A DNA stretch of 63,816 nucleotides, the filler included, from Dimorphilus gyrociliatus (taxonomy: Eukaryota > Animalia > Annelida): the NCBI GenBank assembly GCA_904063045.1. It is 5 parts of 5 records of this genome, joined end to end, with 100 filler letters (N's around TTAATTAATTAA, not from the genome) between each part and the next. Parts side by side here need not be neighbours in the genome. Positions count along the whole stretch, not along the records: positions 1 to 16,580 come from CAJFCJ010000224.1; 4 more parts are not named here. One strand, 5' to 3'. Position 1 is the stretch's first letter. The number at the start of each line of letters is the position of its first letter. The translations under genes were made by a program, and so were the position numbers. The notes under the pieces are model-generated. The model saw only the letters and a list, made by a program, of their open reading frames with translations. It made no database searches and was not told where the DNA came from. Of the stretch, positions 1-12,513 are shown in pieces.

Positions 1-169
1 TTCTTGAATCAAGAATGGATTTGAAGAAAATGGCAAATGGTGACAATGAAAAAAACTGGTAAAAAGATAACAGAAAATATTATCCTAACATTTATATATG
101 TTAAATTATTTAAGTATTAAAATCACCCAGAAAATGTGTGCTTCATTTTGAAAAGGCTATATAGATGGC

Positions 170-657
170 CACTTAAAGAGCAATTTCCCAATTCTAAACT
201 TCAAGGATGGGGCTTTGCATTTCAAACAAGCAGTTTTGAGGAACATTCAGGAAGATTAGATGATTTTATAAAGCAAATAATTGAATATTCATTTTGTTAG
301 AAACTTGAATGCGTTAATGATTATAAAGAAAATCAATACAAATGGAAGATGCTTAAAAAATTGATGTGTTTGGCCTATCTTCCTTCAAATTTTTTTAAAC
401 AAAAGTTTGTTCAACTAAAAGAAGAACTCTGTAAAAAGAAATTGTTTTCAGATTTGCTTGAATGCCTTGAAGAAACATTCATTAAAAGCAATAATTGTTC
501 TCCCCAATTTCAGTCTGTTTATCAATTGGTTATGAGAGTAAACAATGATGTTGAGGTCTGGCATTCTAGGCTTATCAAAAACTTGAAAACAGATGAAATA
601 ATAACTCATATTATTCCATATACAGCAATTTATACATTTGTCAAGTATCATAGTTGA
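170..657 (+). pseudogene. Degenerate Mutator-like (MULE) transposase, C-terminal part
   Basis: Broken frames give LKEQFPNSKLQG..HFKQAVLRNIQ, CLAYLP and VMRVNNDVEVWHSRL. These resemble the animal MULE motifs FP..I.GC.FHF.QA..R.IQ and RTNNDVEGWH.RL. Confidence 0.7.
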
Positions 658-729
658 AACAGTTTGTTTTCAAATATATTCCATACTTAATTACATGTAC
701 TTCTCTATTTTTCCATTATTTTATCATTC

Positions 730-1260
730 TTAGCTTGAGCATTGCTTAGTTGTTTCTGCTAGAAATTCAGCTTGATCATAACTTAAATCACAGTCAGTAA
801 ATGTAAGCATTTTTAAACAGTTTGAAGAAGATTTGAGTCCATCACATATCACTTTAAATCCATTTCCCATTTCCCTATTTGAAGAGAAATCAACATTTTC
901 TAATGTTGAACAAAGTATCAATGTTTCTCCTAGACATTTAGCTTGATGATCATTCAAATTACAGTAAGCAAATGAAAGTATTTTTAAACTGTTCAAAGAA
1001 GATTTGAGTCCATCACATATCACTTTATATCCGTCCCCCATTTTGCAATTGTAAGAGAAATCAATATTTTCTAATGTTGAACAATCTTTCAATGTTTCTG
1101 CTAGATATTTAGTTTGAACATCATTTAAATTACAGCTAACAAATCGAACTATTTTTAAACAGTTTGAAGAAGGTTTGAGTGCACCCCTTATTTTTTTAAA
1201 TCCATCTCCCATATTTCTGTTTTTGGATAAATTCACATATTGTAATAAAGCACATATTTG
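730..1260 (-). pseudogene. Ribonuclease-inhibitor/NLRC3-like leucine-rich-repeat fragment
   Basis: LxxLxLxxN/C repeats (LENIDFSYN, LKILSFAYC, LENVDFSSN). The DNA repeats with a 171-bp (57-aa) period near 830, 1001 and 1172. The frame ends in an apparent frameshift (CSS* versus CSTLE) and has an in-frame stop just upstream. Confidence 0.75.
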
Positions 1261-2644
1261 TAAGTTTGTTTATGGTGAAATTATGGTGAGATTTATCTCT
1301 TCACAGAAAGGTGAAGTTATACAACTTTCACTATATTTTATGCTTAAAACAACTATCTTACATGACTCATACTAATACTCTTTTATATTCAACTTAAGAA
1401 AATATAACTATGTTTGACCAAGTTATAATCCAATTATTCTTTCTAAAAAGAAGCAAACTGATTTTTAGACTTTTTAGCATCTTGTTACTATGTATCAATT
1501 GGTTTATTCACTAGTATTTTAAAATTATTTATTGATATTTTTGAATAAACCATTGAAATTGAACAGTTTATTGACAGTTGATGCAAAGCCAATATTATTG
1601 CCAAGGAGATGGATTACAATATGAAAAGTACAAAAGATATATACAGTCCTGATATGAAGTGTCTGCCAGGGTTGTTCTTAGATTAGAAAAAGTGAATAAT
1701 TTAACAGGACTTGCTTAATTAAATCTTTTTCTTTAGAATGAAGGATAAGGTATATAGATATATAGAATCAAATTTATAGATAAAACTTATTAAAAATTTT
1801 TTTTACTTTACAGTAATTTTTATTTAAAAATTTTCAACAAATTGAAGGAGAATAATTTGCTGCCATGCTCCCTGTTCCTGTTCACAAAACTCACTTCTAC
1901 TAAACAGTCTCTTAAGCCAACATTTCTATTGAGGTAATTATTCTTAAATGTGCAAGATATTTCATACACAATAGAAATGACTATTTAAGAAATTATAAAT
2001 AAAAATTCTTAAAGAAAACCTACCTTTTGCAGACTTACACTTGTAAGACTTTTTCTGCTACAGGTAAGTTGTATTGAAATAGTATTGTGCAGCTCAGCAC
2101 TAGTGCAATAATCAATAAAATATAGATTTTCCATTGTGTAGTGCACAACAACTCTATTTAACGAATAAGTATAGCCATTTATAATATAACTTCGTAAGAG
2201 TAAATTAAACTTTTAAGACAGTGTAGAAAAGAATGTTTGAGTTCTGCGAAAATAAAAATTTAGATGAGGGCGCAATGTAAGTGAAACTACCTGGATGTCT
2301 TTGCACTGATTGGTAAAGGAAAACTCAACATTTTAAGATGGAAAAACATTTTTAGAAAATGTCTCGAAAAGAAAAGGAAAATATTCTCAAGAGGATAGAA
2401 AACATTTAAATTTGCAGTATATTCATCTCATTTACCAATTTCTCATAAATAGGAATTAAGTTAGTATTTCTCTTTAGGACATCAATAATCAAATAAAATG
2501 ATGCATTCAACTTAGATTTGTATTTGATTTATGATGAGAAATCTCTAAGTCACCGTTGGTTCTTATCAATTGATTACTTGGAAGTAGGGTAATGCCAAAA
2601 TCATTCTTATAGATTTCATTGTATTAGTACGCATTTCTCACTCA

Positions 2645-2712
2645 TCACCATTGTAGTCATCCTATCCAATCATCTATCAATTTACCAAAGTACTCACACA
2701 AATAGAACCCTT
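2645..2712 (-). mobile_element. Fragment of the contig-C Gypsy-family LTR (3' part)
   Basis: The reverse complement GGTTCTATTTGTGTGAGTACTTTGGTAAATTGATAGATGATTGGATAGGATGACTACAATGGTGA aligns with ~34432-34497. Confidence 0.7.
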
Positions 2713-2760
2713 TTTCTGCCTTTTTTTCTCTGACAGAAAAGGATAACAGCTCGTTTAAAA

Positions 2761-4034
2761 TTAATTGCCAAAAAATAGGAAAGTGATCATTATCGGTGGA
2801 AACAGGAAATGGAAAATGTTTCTGAATGACATAAAAATAGCTTTGGACAATTTTTTTAACATAGAGATAGTCTGATTGAGTAAGTAGTTCAAACTCATAA
2901 TTATGAGTGTATAATATTCGTCACCAACTATTTCCTTGAATTTATCAAGCCACTCTTCCAGATTATCAATATAAAGAATATTAATGCACTCAATCCCATG
3001 TTTCATTAGAGTTTCCTCCGAAAGTAACCGTAATATCTATTTTCGTTCAGGACTTGTACCAAGTTGAGCACATTTTGGACTATGCATTTGTTGTTTTATA
3101 TAGTACATTCCAAGTTTGTCCTCCCAAGTCCCAATTGGGTAGCTGTTTGCCAATTCTGAAAAGCAAATTTTCATATTTTCTTTCCCAATTATCTTGATAA
3201 GTTCTTCAAGTTGACCATCAAATATTTCAGATAATCTATCTTTCTAGGCCCATTTATATGTTTTTCTACTTTTTGTATCAAATTTGACAATGGAAAAACC
3301 TTTAATCCAACTGCTTTCATACAATATGGCCACTTTTCTGAATTGGGTACCTTTTCTTTCATCGAAATTATTGAACCTAAAATGCATATATATACACATA
3401 TATATACTGTATACACAGTATATATGATTTTGATATACCCTTTTAATATACTATTGCTTTTTTGAGGGGAGATGAAAGGAATGTCCTCGAAGTCTTGTAT
3501 AAAAAAACTATATCAAAGTGTTCTAAAACTTACATATTTTCAAATGTATCGTAGCAGTGGTATAGAATTGCTTAGAGACCAGAGCAGAACAATTTAAAAG
3601 TACTTGTGAATAGCATGGCCACATATTACAAAAGTCTATCTATCTTGAATTCTTATATTGTTACAGTTCATTCTGACAACCTGTTGAATTATTCAACTGT
3701 GTTAGTAATGATATTAAATTCAATTTTAAATAAATAGCTTACGTTCATTGCAAAAATCCATTTGAATTTGTAGCCTATCATCAAAATTTACTTGACATTC
3801 TTTTCCTGTCTTCAAATGTTTCGAGTAAATTTCACAAAGGCCTTCAGGATTAAATTTGTTCTTGTTTGATTCTTCCCAAATATTTTCACTAAGCATTTCA
3901 TTGTAAGCAGAACAAGACTTTGACGAGTCATTTTCAGGATAGAGTAAAGGAATGCTAAGTAGATGATAAGAATCTTGCTCAGCTTTTGATTTTGATAAGA
4001 CAAACAAGCAGGATACAAGTACTGTTAACCTCAT
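2761..4034 (-). pseudogene. Probable decayed multi-exon gene for an unknown secreted protein
   Basis: Signal-peptide-like start MRLTVLVSCLFVLSKSKA at 4034, followed by a GTAAG donor. ORFs 3416-3189 and 3006-2761 lie in one frame, separated only by a TAA and a TAG. Confidence 0.4.
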
Positions 4035-5427
4035 TTTATCAATTTTGAGGCTAAAATGATATGAATGTATTCAGGTGAAAATTAACTGCCACGTAGCTGT
4101 TGTACCAACTTTAGCCATATCGTAAAACCCTATACGCAAATTTTTAGTCAGTATGAATATTTTGGGTTTGGGACGCTTTTTCCTATTAAAATTTCTTAAC
4201 TCCTACTTGTTGAAAGTTCTCACCGAACAATCCAAGAGAATAGAGAAAATAGAATTGAAATTTTGCTTATTAGATTAAATACAATACATTTGCCAATGAC
4301 TAGGGAAGAAACCGTATCCGGGCTAACTGTACCTGAGTGAAACCATACCTAAGTGAAATTGGACCTTTTCTGGATGAAACCGTACTAAAAAGACATAGCT
4401 AATAAGAAGATAAAAGTGATACAAATTTTATACTTATAATATATTATTGAATTAAAATAGTGCAACCTACTAAAATAAAATGACAGCCACTTTAAAAATG
4501 AAAGAAATTGTAGGTAACTCATAAATAAGATGTAACAATTGACCCTTAAGGGTTTACCTACACAAAGCTGTTGTTGCTTACATCACTATTGCAGAATATC
4601 ATGACCCGTGACACTGTGTGCTGTAAACAATCCTTATCTGGGAATAAGGACGCCTGTTTTTGACATCAAAGGCATAAACAAATAGTTGAATGAATGATTT
4701 TTCAACATTTTTCCAGTATCTTCTGGACAATTTACAGTATGTCAAATCAATGTCCTTTAAGTAAGACTTTTACAAATAGCTCATCATCTATTTTCTCTTA
4801 ATTGACTCCTTGTAAAAAGTAAACTGTTCAATTGGCGCACATTCAATTAACATTTCTCTCATTGTATAGTCTCCTATTTATATTGAAATTATCTTTAGAA
4901 TTAGCGAGTCATTGTCAAATTTATCACAGTGTCTGAAGGTATTGGGTTAGGGTTAGTTGGGATTGCAGAGAGGAAGAGAATACAGTGTCAAATTTTGTTT
5001 TCTTATGAATGTGATTCTCTCCCTAATTATTTATGTGTATTGGCTTGAGAGACCTTATTTGATGTCTGTAGGACAATTAGCAAAGATCAATTCTCTGAAA
5101 ACCAGTACTTAGTCATCCATTTTCTCATTATTCAAATGATCTCATATTGCATCAAATGTATTTATATAAATGGAAATTTTTCGATGAATAATACAGAGAT
5201 AGAAAAAAAACTCATTTACTTTTATACTAACGCCTATTCAACATGGAAAGAGCATAAACTACTCCAAAGTTTTGAAGTAGCAAAACGTAGTGTAAAAATA
5301 ATTCATACATTCGCCATTTTTATTTTCACATTCAAGTTTTCTTACAATTTTAAACAAATTTAAACTACTCAAAGAATATTGAATATTGCATTGTTCGAAA
5401 ATCAGGTACAGATAATAAATTAGTTAT

Positions 5428-6393
5428 CTATTCAACTGAAGGTGAAATACGTCTCTTTCTCAATTTCACTATGCTATTAATTGATGATTTGATTGCAGAA
5501 TTACTTATAATAGCTATAATTGGATTATTTATCGCTTGAATGAATATTGAATAGTTCAATATTTTTGTTAATTTTAATATCACTGGATTACTATTGTAGT
5601 TTGAAAAATATGAAGCAATTGAAAATACTAAATAAACAAAAGTCATTAAACACAATTGCATAAGAGTGGCTTTTGATGATTTTGAAATATTTTTAACTCT
5701 TTGAGATTGAATTTTCATATTACCAGCATGAAATTTGGCAATTTTTAAAGTTTTAACATGTATGATTACAGCCCCAAATATTAAAGGTAGAAGTAATGCA
5801 CCATATATAAGAAAATACTCAGGAGGAAAGCTAAAATGTCCTTTACAAGCTACTCTATTTCCGTATCCCATAAGCGCAACATAGAAAGGGAACATACATA
5901 TCAATAGAGTAGTTACAATGATGCCTACAAATATTAATAATAATCTTTTTGGAGCAAAATATCTTTGAAATTGAAATGGAAATTTAACAGCCGTGAATCT
6001 ATATATAAATACAAACAATAATAAAAATTGACTATCGGCAAAAAGGATTGCATTACTTAAACTTATTAGAATACAAATAATAGGTGTAAAGTTTTCGGGA
6101 TTGGCGGAATTTCCCAAAATTCTAAGTATAATAAACCATATTATTGATGTTAAATCACATACAGCCAATGCAGGTATAAATATTGTAACAGTTTCTTTTA
6201 CAATTTCATATTTTGCGTATGTAAAAATGATGAGAAAATTTAAAAAGAATGCCATAATAAACAATGAATAAATTATTGCTTTTAGGATATTATTATCCCA
6301 AGTGATTGATCCATCAACAAGTAGTCCTGCTGTTGATGATGATAATGATGATGATGGTGTTGATATTTTAATAGATTGATTTAAGTACTTCAT
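5428..6393 (-). CDS. Intronless orphan rhodopsin-family (class A) GPCR, 321 aa
   Basis: About seven hydrophobic segments, TM1 N (FFLNFLII), TM2 LAVCD, TM3 DRY variant IYRFTAVKFP, TM7 INNPII. Confidence 0.88.
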   Translation of the reverse strand: MKYLNQSIKISTPSSSLSSSTAGLLVDGSITWDNNILKAIIYSLFIMAFFLNFLIIFTYAKYEIVKETVTIFIPALAVCDLTSIIWFIILRILGNSANPENFTPIICILISLSNAILFADSQFLLLFVFIYRFTAVKFPFQFQRYFAPKRLLLIFVGIIVTTLLICMFPFYVALMGYGNRVACKGHFSFPPEYFLIYGALLLPLIFGAVIIHVKTLKIAKFHAGNMKIQSQRVKNISKSSKATLMQLCLMTFVYLVFSIASYFSNYNSNPVILKLTKILNYSIFIQAINNPIIAIISNSAIKSSINSIVKLRKRRISPSVE

Positions 6394-7138
6394 TTCAAAA
6401 TATAAAACAAATTCATATAAGAATACTTTTCAAACTCAACATGTATTTACAGTTTAGTAATGTTTTTTAGACATAGAAACAATAGCTGCTGTGTCAATGA
6501 AAGGTAATCAAGCATCTAGTAATTCACTGACTAAAGCTTTTATCTAGAATAATACACTAATGATGTCACCTTAAGTAGCTTAAGACGGCAATACTAAATT
6601 ATTCATTGATAATACATTAGCAGTGCAAACCCGTTTACCAAACATTGTAAGAACAAACAGACAAACATATGAAATAGTGAGCTAATTGCGAAGTAATATT
6701 ATATAATGTTTTTTCGTAATTCTACAACTACACACTATTTCATTATCAAATAAATTATTGGAAAGGACAAATTCAATTCTACAGTCACAATTAGGAGAAT
6801 AAAGCTAAAAATGGTCAATTCATGCGGTTTATATACCTTTCCATCAGTTGAACATTGATTGAAGATATTCTTTCAGTAAATGAAAAAGATGAAAGCATCG
6901 GTTTTCTACAATGATCAGTGTCCTCGTTTTGTTAACATTTCCCAGTGTAAAATTTATATTGATACTAACCATATACATTTTATGGATTTAAAACTCCAAA
7001 AAATGGGTTGTAAACCTTTTATAGATCATAAAAGTTTGTTTTAGACAATTCAGAAGTATTTCAACAAAGATTGTGTAAAAATGTCTTAAACTATGAATAT
7101 ATATGTGAAAATAGTGGAGATTCCAATAAATTCGAAGG

Positions 7139-7341
7139 GGGGCCGACAGAAAACGTAAAAAAGATTTTTGAAAGCAACATTTTGGATTGAAAAATGGTTA
7201 GGATGAGTAAAGTAGACATTGATTTGTAGTTAGGGGGATTCCATCTAGGGGTCAGGGGTAATCAAAAAGGTTAAGGAGAGACAAAAGCTAGGTTAGGGTT
7301 AGGGTTAAATCATGCATTTGGGGACGTTTTCTGTCTTATCC
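7139..7341. mobile_element. Mutator-type MITE family 1 (203 bp) with a telomere-like core
   Basis: TIR core GACAGAAAACGT (7145-7156) / ACGTTTTCTGTC (7324-7335). Perfect 9-bp TSD ATTCGAAGG at 7130-7138 and 7342-7350. Internal GGTTAGGGTTAGGGTTA at 7291-7307. Confidence 0.85.
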
Positions 7342-7983
7342 ATTCGAAGGATATGGTATATGATCACATGAATCATTTTATTGTTCAAAATAATCCAGAC
7401 TTTTGTACTATCAACATTTTCAATGTTTCAAAATCTAATTTTACGTTTTATTTTCTTTTTATCTATAGCTGACTGAATATCTTCCTTCTTTCCTCTCTCA
7501 GTGTCTCATCTATTTCTGACGTCATTGTCTTTTTCCAATTTGAAATATTCAGATCTTCAGCTATGATAGATTTTTGAGGAAAAGTATGTAGGCCTATATT
7601 TTTTATGAAGCATTCAATAAAGTTTAAAAATTTTGTTCTATGCCAAATTTTTATGTTTTTCTTTTCTTTCTTACAACAGAGTTTCATTTTCAACTAGTTT
7701 CAAAGTAAGACACAAGTAAGAAACCAATACATATCATAAAATATAAGTTCAGAGTTGGCCTATTTTCAACAATATAAACTAAATAGATTAAAAGAGAGAG
7801 AGAGAGAGAGAAAGAAAGAAGAGGTAACTGTCCTCTTTCATAGACAACAACACTCCCTGCGCATATAAATGTCAATAAATCATAGAGATCTTTCATATTG
7901 AAATAACCTTTTTGAAAAAGGAAATTGGCAACCTCAATTGCGTGTTAGTCTTAGTGCCTAAAAAGTCTTTGCTAGTGAAAGAT

Positions 7984-10900
7984 ATGCTTTTCAAAGCTAT
8001 AATAATTTGCATTTTACTGCAAACCGGACATGCATTTCCCACTGCATCAGAAGAATTTACTCATTCTCTAATATTGAAAGAACCAGATATTTATAGGCTG
8101 TATTGGAAATTCAATGATACTCACATTACTTTTGAAGTGCAGGTAAAAACAAAAGGTTGGATTGGTTTTGGAGTTTCACCCAATGGAAGAATGCCAGATT
8201 CCGATATTGTGATGGGATAGATAAATGATGGCAAAACATTCTTTAGCGTTTGTTGCTTATTTTTAAAAAATCATTAGTTGAAAGGATAATTGTTTTTTGA
8301 TCTTCTAGGATAGACATTCCACAGGAAATTCAATTCCTATAGTTGATAAAAGTCAAGATTGGACACTACTCTTAGGAAAAGAGACGTCTGAATACACTGT
8401 TTTCAAATTTATGAGATTGCAAGTGAATTGCGATACAGAAGACCTTGACATAACAGTTTAATATTTCAAAACTGGAAAATACGGCAAACTAATCTTTTTC
8501 TCTCTTTTTTGCAGTACAGTACATCACGACTGATTTGGTCTTATGGTGAGAATATTCCAGAATCAAATATACCTTCGTACCATGGCAAATTCAATAGAGG
8601 AACTTATAGTGTTCAATTATTATCCCAACCTCCTGTGAAAAATAGACAAGAGATACTAAAAGATGCATTTCCAATTGATCTTACTATGAGTAGAGTAAGC
8701 AAACAACATTAACAACTAAACTTTTAATAGAATCAGATTTTTTTCCTCTATCCTGCGTGTACAGTATGAAATACCCAGCTATTTTACTTCGTTTTACAGG
8801 TGTGACATATTGAGAATAGTGAATTCTACTGAGAAACATCACCTTATTATGGTAAAGAATTGTAAAAATAGTCTGATAATGATACTTTTTTTTCAATTCT
8901 AAAAACAGATTGAACCGCTAATTCAAAAAGGAAATGAAGAAAATATAGATCATATTTTTGTCTACAGTTGCTATGGAAATTTTAACGAAACGGATATAGG
9001 AAATGCTCATAATTGTTATACACCGGAAGCAGATCTTAAGTATGAAAGTTGTATAAATATATTAATTACTTGGGCACTTGGCAGTCAGGTATATGGAAAT
9101 AATCTAAAAAAACATCTACATATCTTCTCTCTCTCTGTCTGTCTTTCTTTAGGCCTACTTCTTTCCTGAAGACGTTGGATTCCCACTGGGTGAGGCCCCA
9201 GGAACCAATTATGTAAAATTAGAAATACATTATAAAAATCCAAAATATTCTTATGGTATTACGGATAGTTCTGGATTGAGATTGTGGGTAACAAAGAAAT
9301 TTCGGAAATACGAAACCAGTATCCTAGAAGTAGGACATTTTCCAACTCCTTCTCAAATTATACCACCATATTCCGAGAGTTTTGTATCTGTTTCCTATTG
9401 CCCTAATGATTGTATTGGACAGGTAAAAACCTTTGTTTAAAAAGGCTGAAAATTTTCTTGGGATTTTTTTATGTAGAGTTTTGAAAAACTCTTTACCTAG
9501 GCCTTCTCATATTCCAAGAGATTTTCTCCCTTTTTCTTCTCTTCTCTTTTCTATACTCTACATTGATTACCCACATTACAACAGGAACTTAAAACTGACA
9601 ATTTGGATGAAGTTAGCGCCTTTGCAGTTCTCTTACACTCTCACATAAAAGGTGTTAAAATTAAAATAAGGCATTTTAGAAATGGTGTGGAACTGGAACC
9701 CTTAGCATTTGATCATAATTATGATACCAGTTTAAGAGAATATAGAAATTTAAAAGAAATTCGTAAGATTAAAAAAGTAGGTTATTTTTTAATTTTTTCC
9801 TTAAAAATGGTTAAGTATTCAGCCGTCTTCTTATCATTAAAAGGAGGATAGTCTTGTTTTGGAATGTACATATAATACACTATTGGAAACTAAGCCTATT
9901 TATGTAAGATTTTTTGAATATTTGAATATTTAAATTGTAAAAACTTTCTTTAATGAAAATTTTTTAGGGAGGAAATGAACTATGCTTTGCTTTCATCCTA
10001 TATTATCCAATAACATCTTTAACAGTTTGTCTAACTCATCCTAGGCTTAAACTATTGCGTTTCTTTAAAAAAGATTTGAATTTTAATGATGTTGATTGGA
10101 AGAAAAAAAATATTAGAGAAGCTTATCAAGCAATTGCGAAATCACATGAAATTACTGCCACTTGCCTTTACAAAAATAAACTGGTAGTTTTTGTCAAATT
10201 CAACAAAATATTTTCAAAAAAAATGTTTGTTCTCTTTTCATTTATAGCCTTGGACAAGGAATCACAAAGTTGAGGAGCCTATACAAACCTTTAAAGATAA
10301 CGATACCTGTCCAAAAGATGAAACAACTCAACCTCCAATAGTTACTGACGATCCACCATACATTCCTGAAAAATTTCCAAAACCATCACAAGTTTACAAT
10401 CACGATATCGTATTGAAATCTCCCGATATTTATAAATTACATTGGAAATATGATGATAAAAATATTACATTTGAGATTATGGTTAAAACAAAGGGTTGGA
10501 TTGGATTTGGTATATCACCAAATGGAGATATGAAAGACAGCGATGTTGTTATTGGTTGGGTACAAGCCAATGGAAAAGTGTCATTTGAAGATAGACACGC
10601 TGTTGGTAATTCAGAGCCCTTATTGGATAAAAGTCAAGATTGGCACTTATTATCAGGAAGAGAAGAAGGACACTATACAATTTTGAAATTTCAAAGAAAA
10701 TTACTTGCTTGTAATGATCCAGCCAATGATAGGGATATAAACGTTATTATTTTATTCTAGTTTCAAAAATTAGGTCAAATTATCTCAAATTTCTATTTTC
10801 TTCTTTTAGAATGAAACTACAAGAATAATTTGGTCCTACAGTATTGAAGACCCTGCAGACGGTTCACTAGCTTATCACGGTTTCAGTAACAAAGGAACAA

Positions 10901-12513
10901 AAAGCATCCAATTGATTTCAATACCAAAACCAAAAATAAATGATATTTTAAAAAATGCATTTTACATTGACATTAAAAATTCTAATGTAATATTGCTGTT
11001 GCTCGGTTAAAGTACTGAACTGCAATAATATTTTTTTTTCACAGTACCAAGTACCCTACACCAAGGATACAACTTACAGATGTGAAATATTCAAATTACA
11101 ATCATTTAGACAAAAAGTTCATGTCATCGCAGTAAGATTATTTTTTTTGGTTCTTTTTTTGCAGTTTGTTAATTTTTAAAAATTTGAAACTTTTTTTATA
11201 TTTAAAAACTATTAGGCTGATCCAAAAATTGATCAGAATCATATGAACATTATTCAACGTATTGTGATTTATGGATGTTTGTCAAGTGAGATGAATGATA
11301 AACAAATTGGAAAATCTTGGGATTGTTTAGATTATGAATTAAATATGAAAAGTGTGTTAGAAAGTTGTTCAACTGTTATGTTTGCTTGGGCAATTGGTGG
11401 CGAGATGGAATATTATCCTAAAAATGTTGGATTTCCACTTGGTAGTGGAAATAATGATCCTGTTTATCTAAGAATGGAAACTCATTATAATAATCCGGAT
11501 TATAGGCAAGGTATTATCGATTCGTCTGGTTTAAGACTTTGGATAACTGAAGATCTAAGACAATACGATTTAAATATTATGCAAATTGGTCATACAATCA
11601 CACCAAATCATATTATTCCTCAGGATGAAGATTCATTCAAAACAATTGGCTTTTGTCCTGAGCAATGTCTAAATCAGGTAGATAAAAAAATGGAATAAAA
11701 TTTACTTTAACCAGTTCAATTTATATTATAAAAAATAGGTTTTTGAAAAAGACAAACAAAATGAAATCAATGTCTTTTCAATTCTTCTCTATTCTCATAA
11801 AAAAGGAGTTGATTTAAGAGTTCGACATTTCCGAAATGGAGAAGAATTGGAACCATTAATTGAAGATAAATCTTATGATTTCAAATTAAAACAGTATCAC
11901 TCATTTCGAAATGTCAAAACTGTTAAAAAAGGAGATAGATTGATGTTGGAGTGTATTTATAATACAGTTGGAGAGAAAAAACCTATTGTTGTAAGTTTTT
12001 TTTATTAATAAACTATAGATTGTCGCCATTTTATTTTTACCATATTTGTTTGCCTTCAGGGTGGAATGTCTAATACAGAAGAGACTTGTTTAGCATATCT
12101 TATGTATTATCCAAGATTGTCTATATCCAATTGTGAATCTATGCCTGATCTTGGTATTCTAGAACAAATAGACAAATCAGGTGATATTACAAAAGTTGAT
12201 TGGTCAAAGAAATCAAATCGGAATAAATATCAAAATCTTGTTCAAACAAATACAATAACTATAAATTGTAAAGGGCATGGAATAGATTATAAGGTAAATT
12301 AGGTCAACAAAATAATAATGTATAAAAAATGGTCAATTATCTCTCCATTTTTTATAATAGATGAAATCACAGCCTACAACTTTATCAAGGCCTACATCTC
12401 TTTATAAGCCAGTTGATAAATGCCTCGAAGAATCTTCCATGGCTTCCTCGATTAACTATCTCTATCCAAAAACAATAGTGGCCATTTTAGTACTTATGAA
12501 ACTCATCATCTAA
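7984..12513 (+). CDS. MOXD1: Multi-exon DBH-like monooxygenase (MOXD1 family) with two tandem DOMON-Cu2_monooxygenase modules, signal peptide and hydrophobic GPI-like tail; one in-frame TAG at 8218-8220
   Basis: DOMON motif KTKGWIGFG(V/I)SPNG occurs twice, as do E(I/T)HY.NP, RHFRNG.ELEPL and YYP. Short GT-AG introns. The junction exon 10248-10742 runs in frame from module 1 into DOMON 2. The protein ends TIVAILVLMKLII*. Confidence 0.85.

Noticed and set aside
4290-4390. TE end with GAAACC(G/A)TA sub-repeats
   Set aside because: No matching opposite end or TSD found in the contig.
7291-7307. True telomere or chromosome-fusion site
   Set aside because: Only 2-3 TTAGGG units, internal to a TIR/TSD-bounded MITE. 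Other short hits (4945, 25115, 31503) are isolated.
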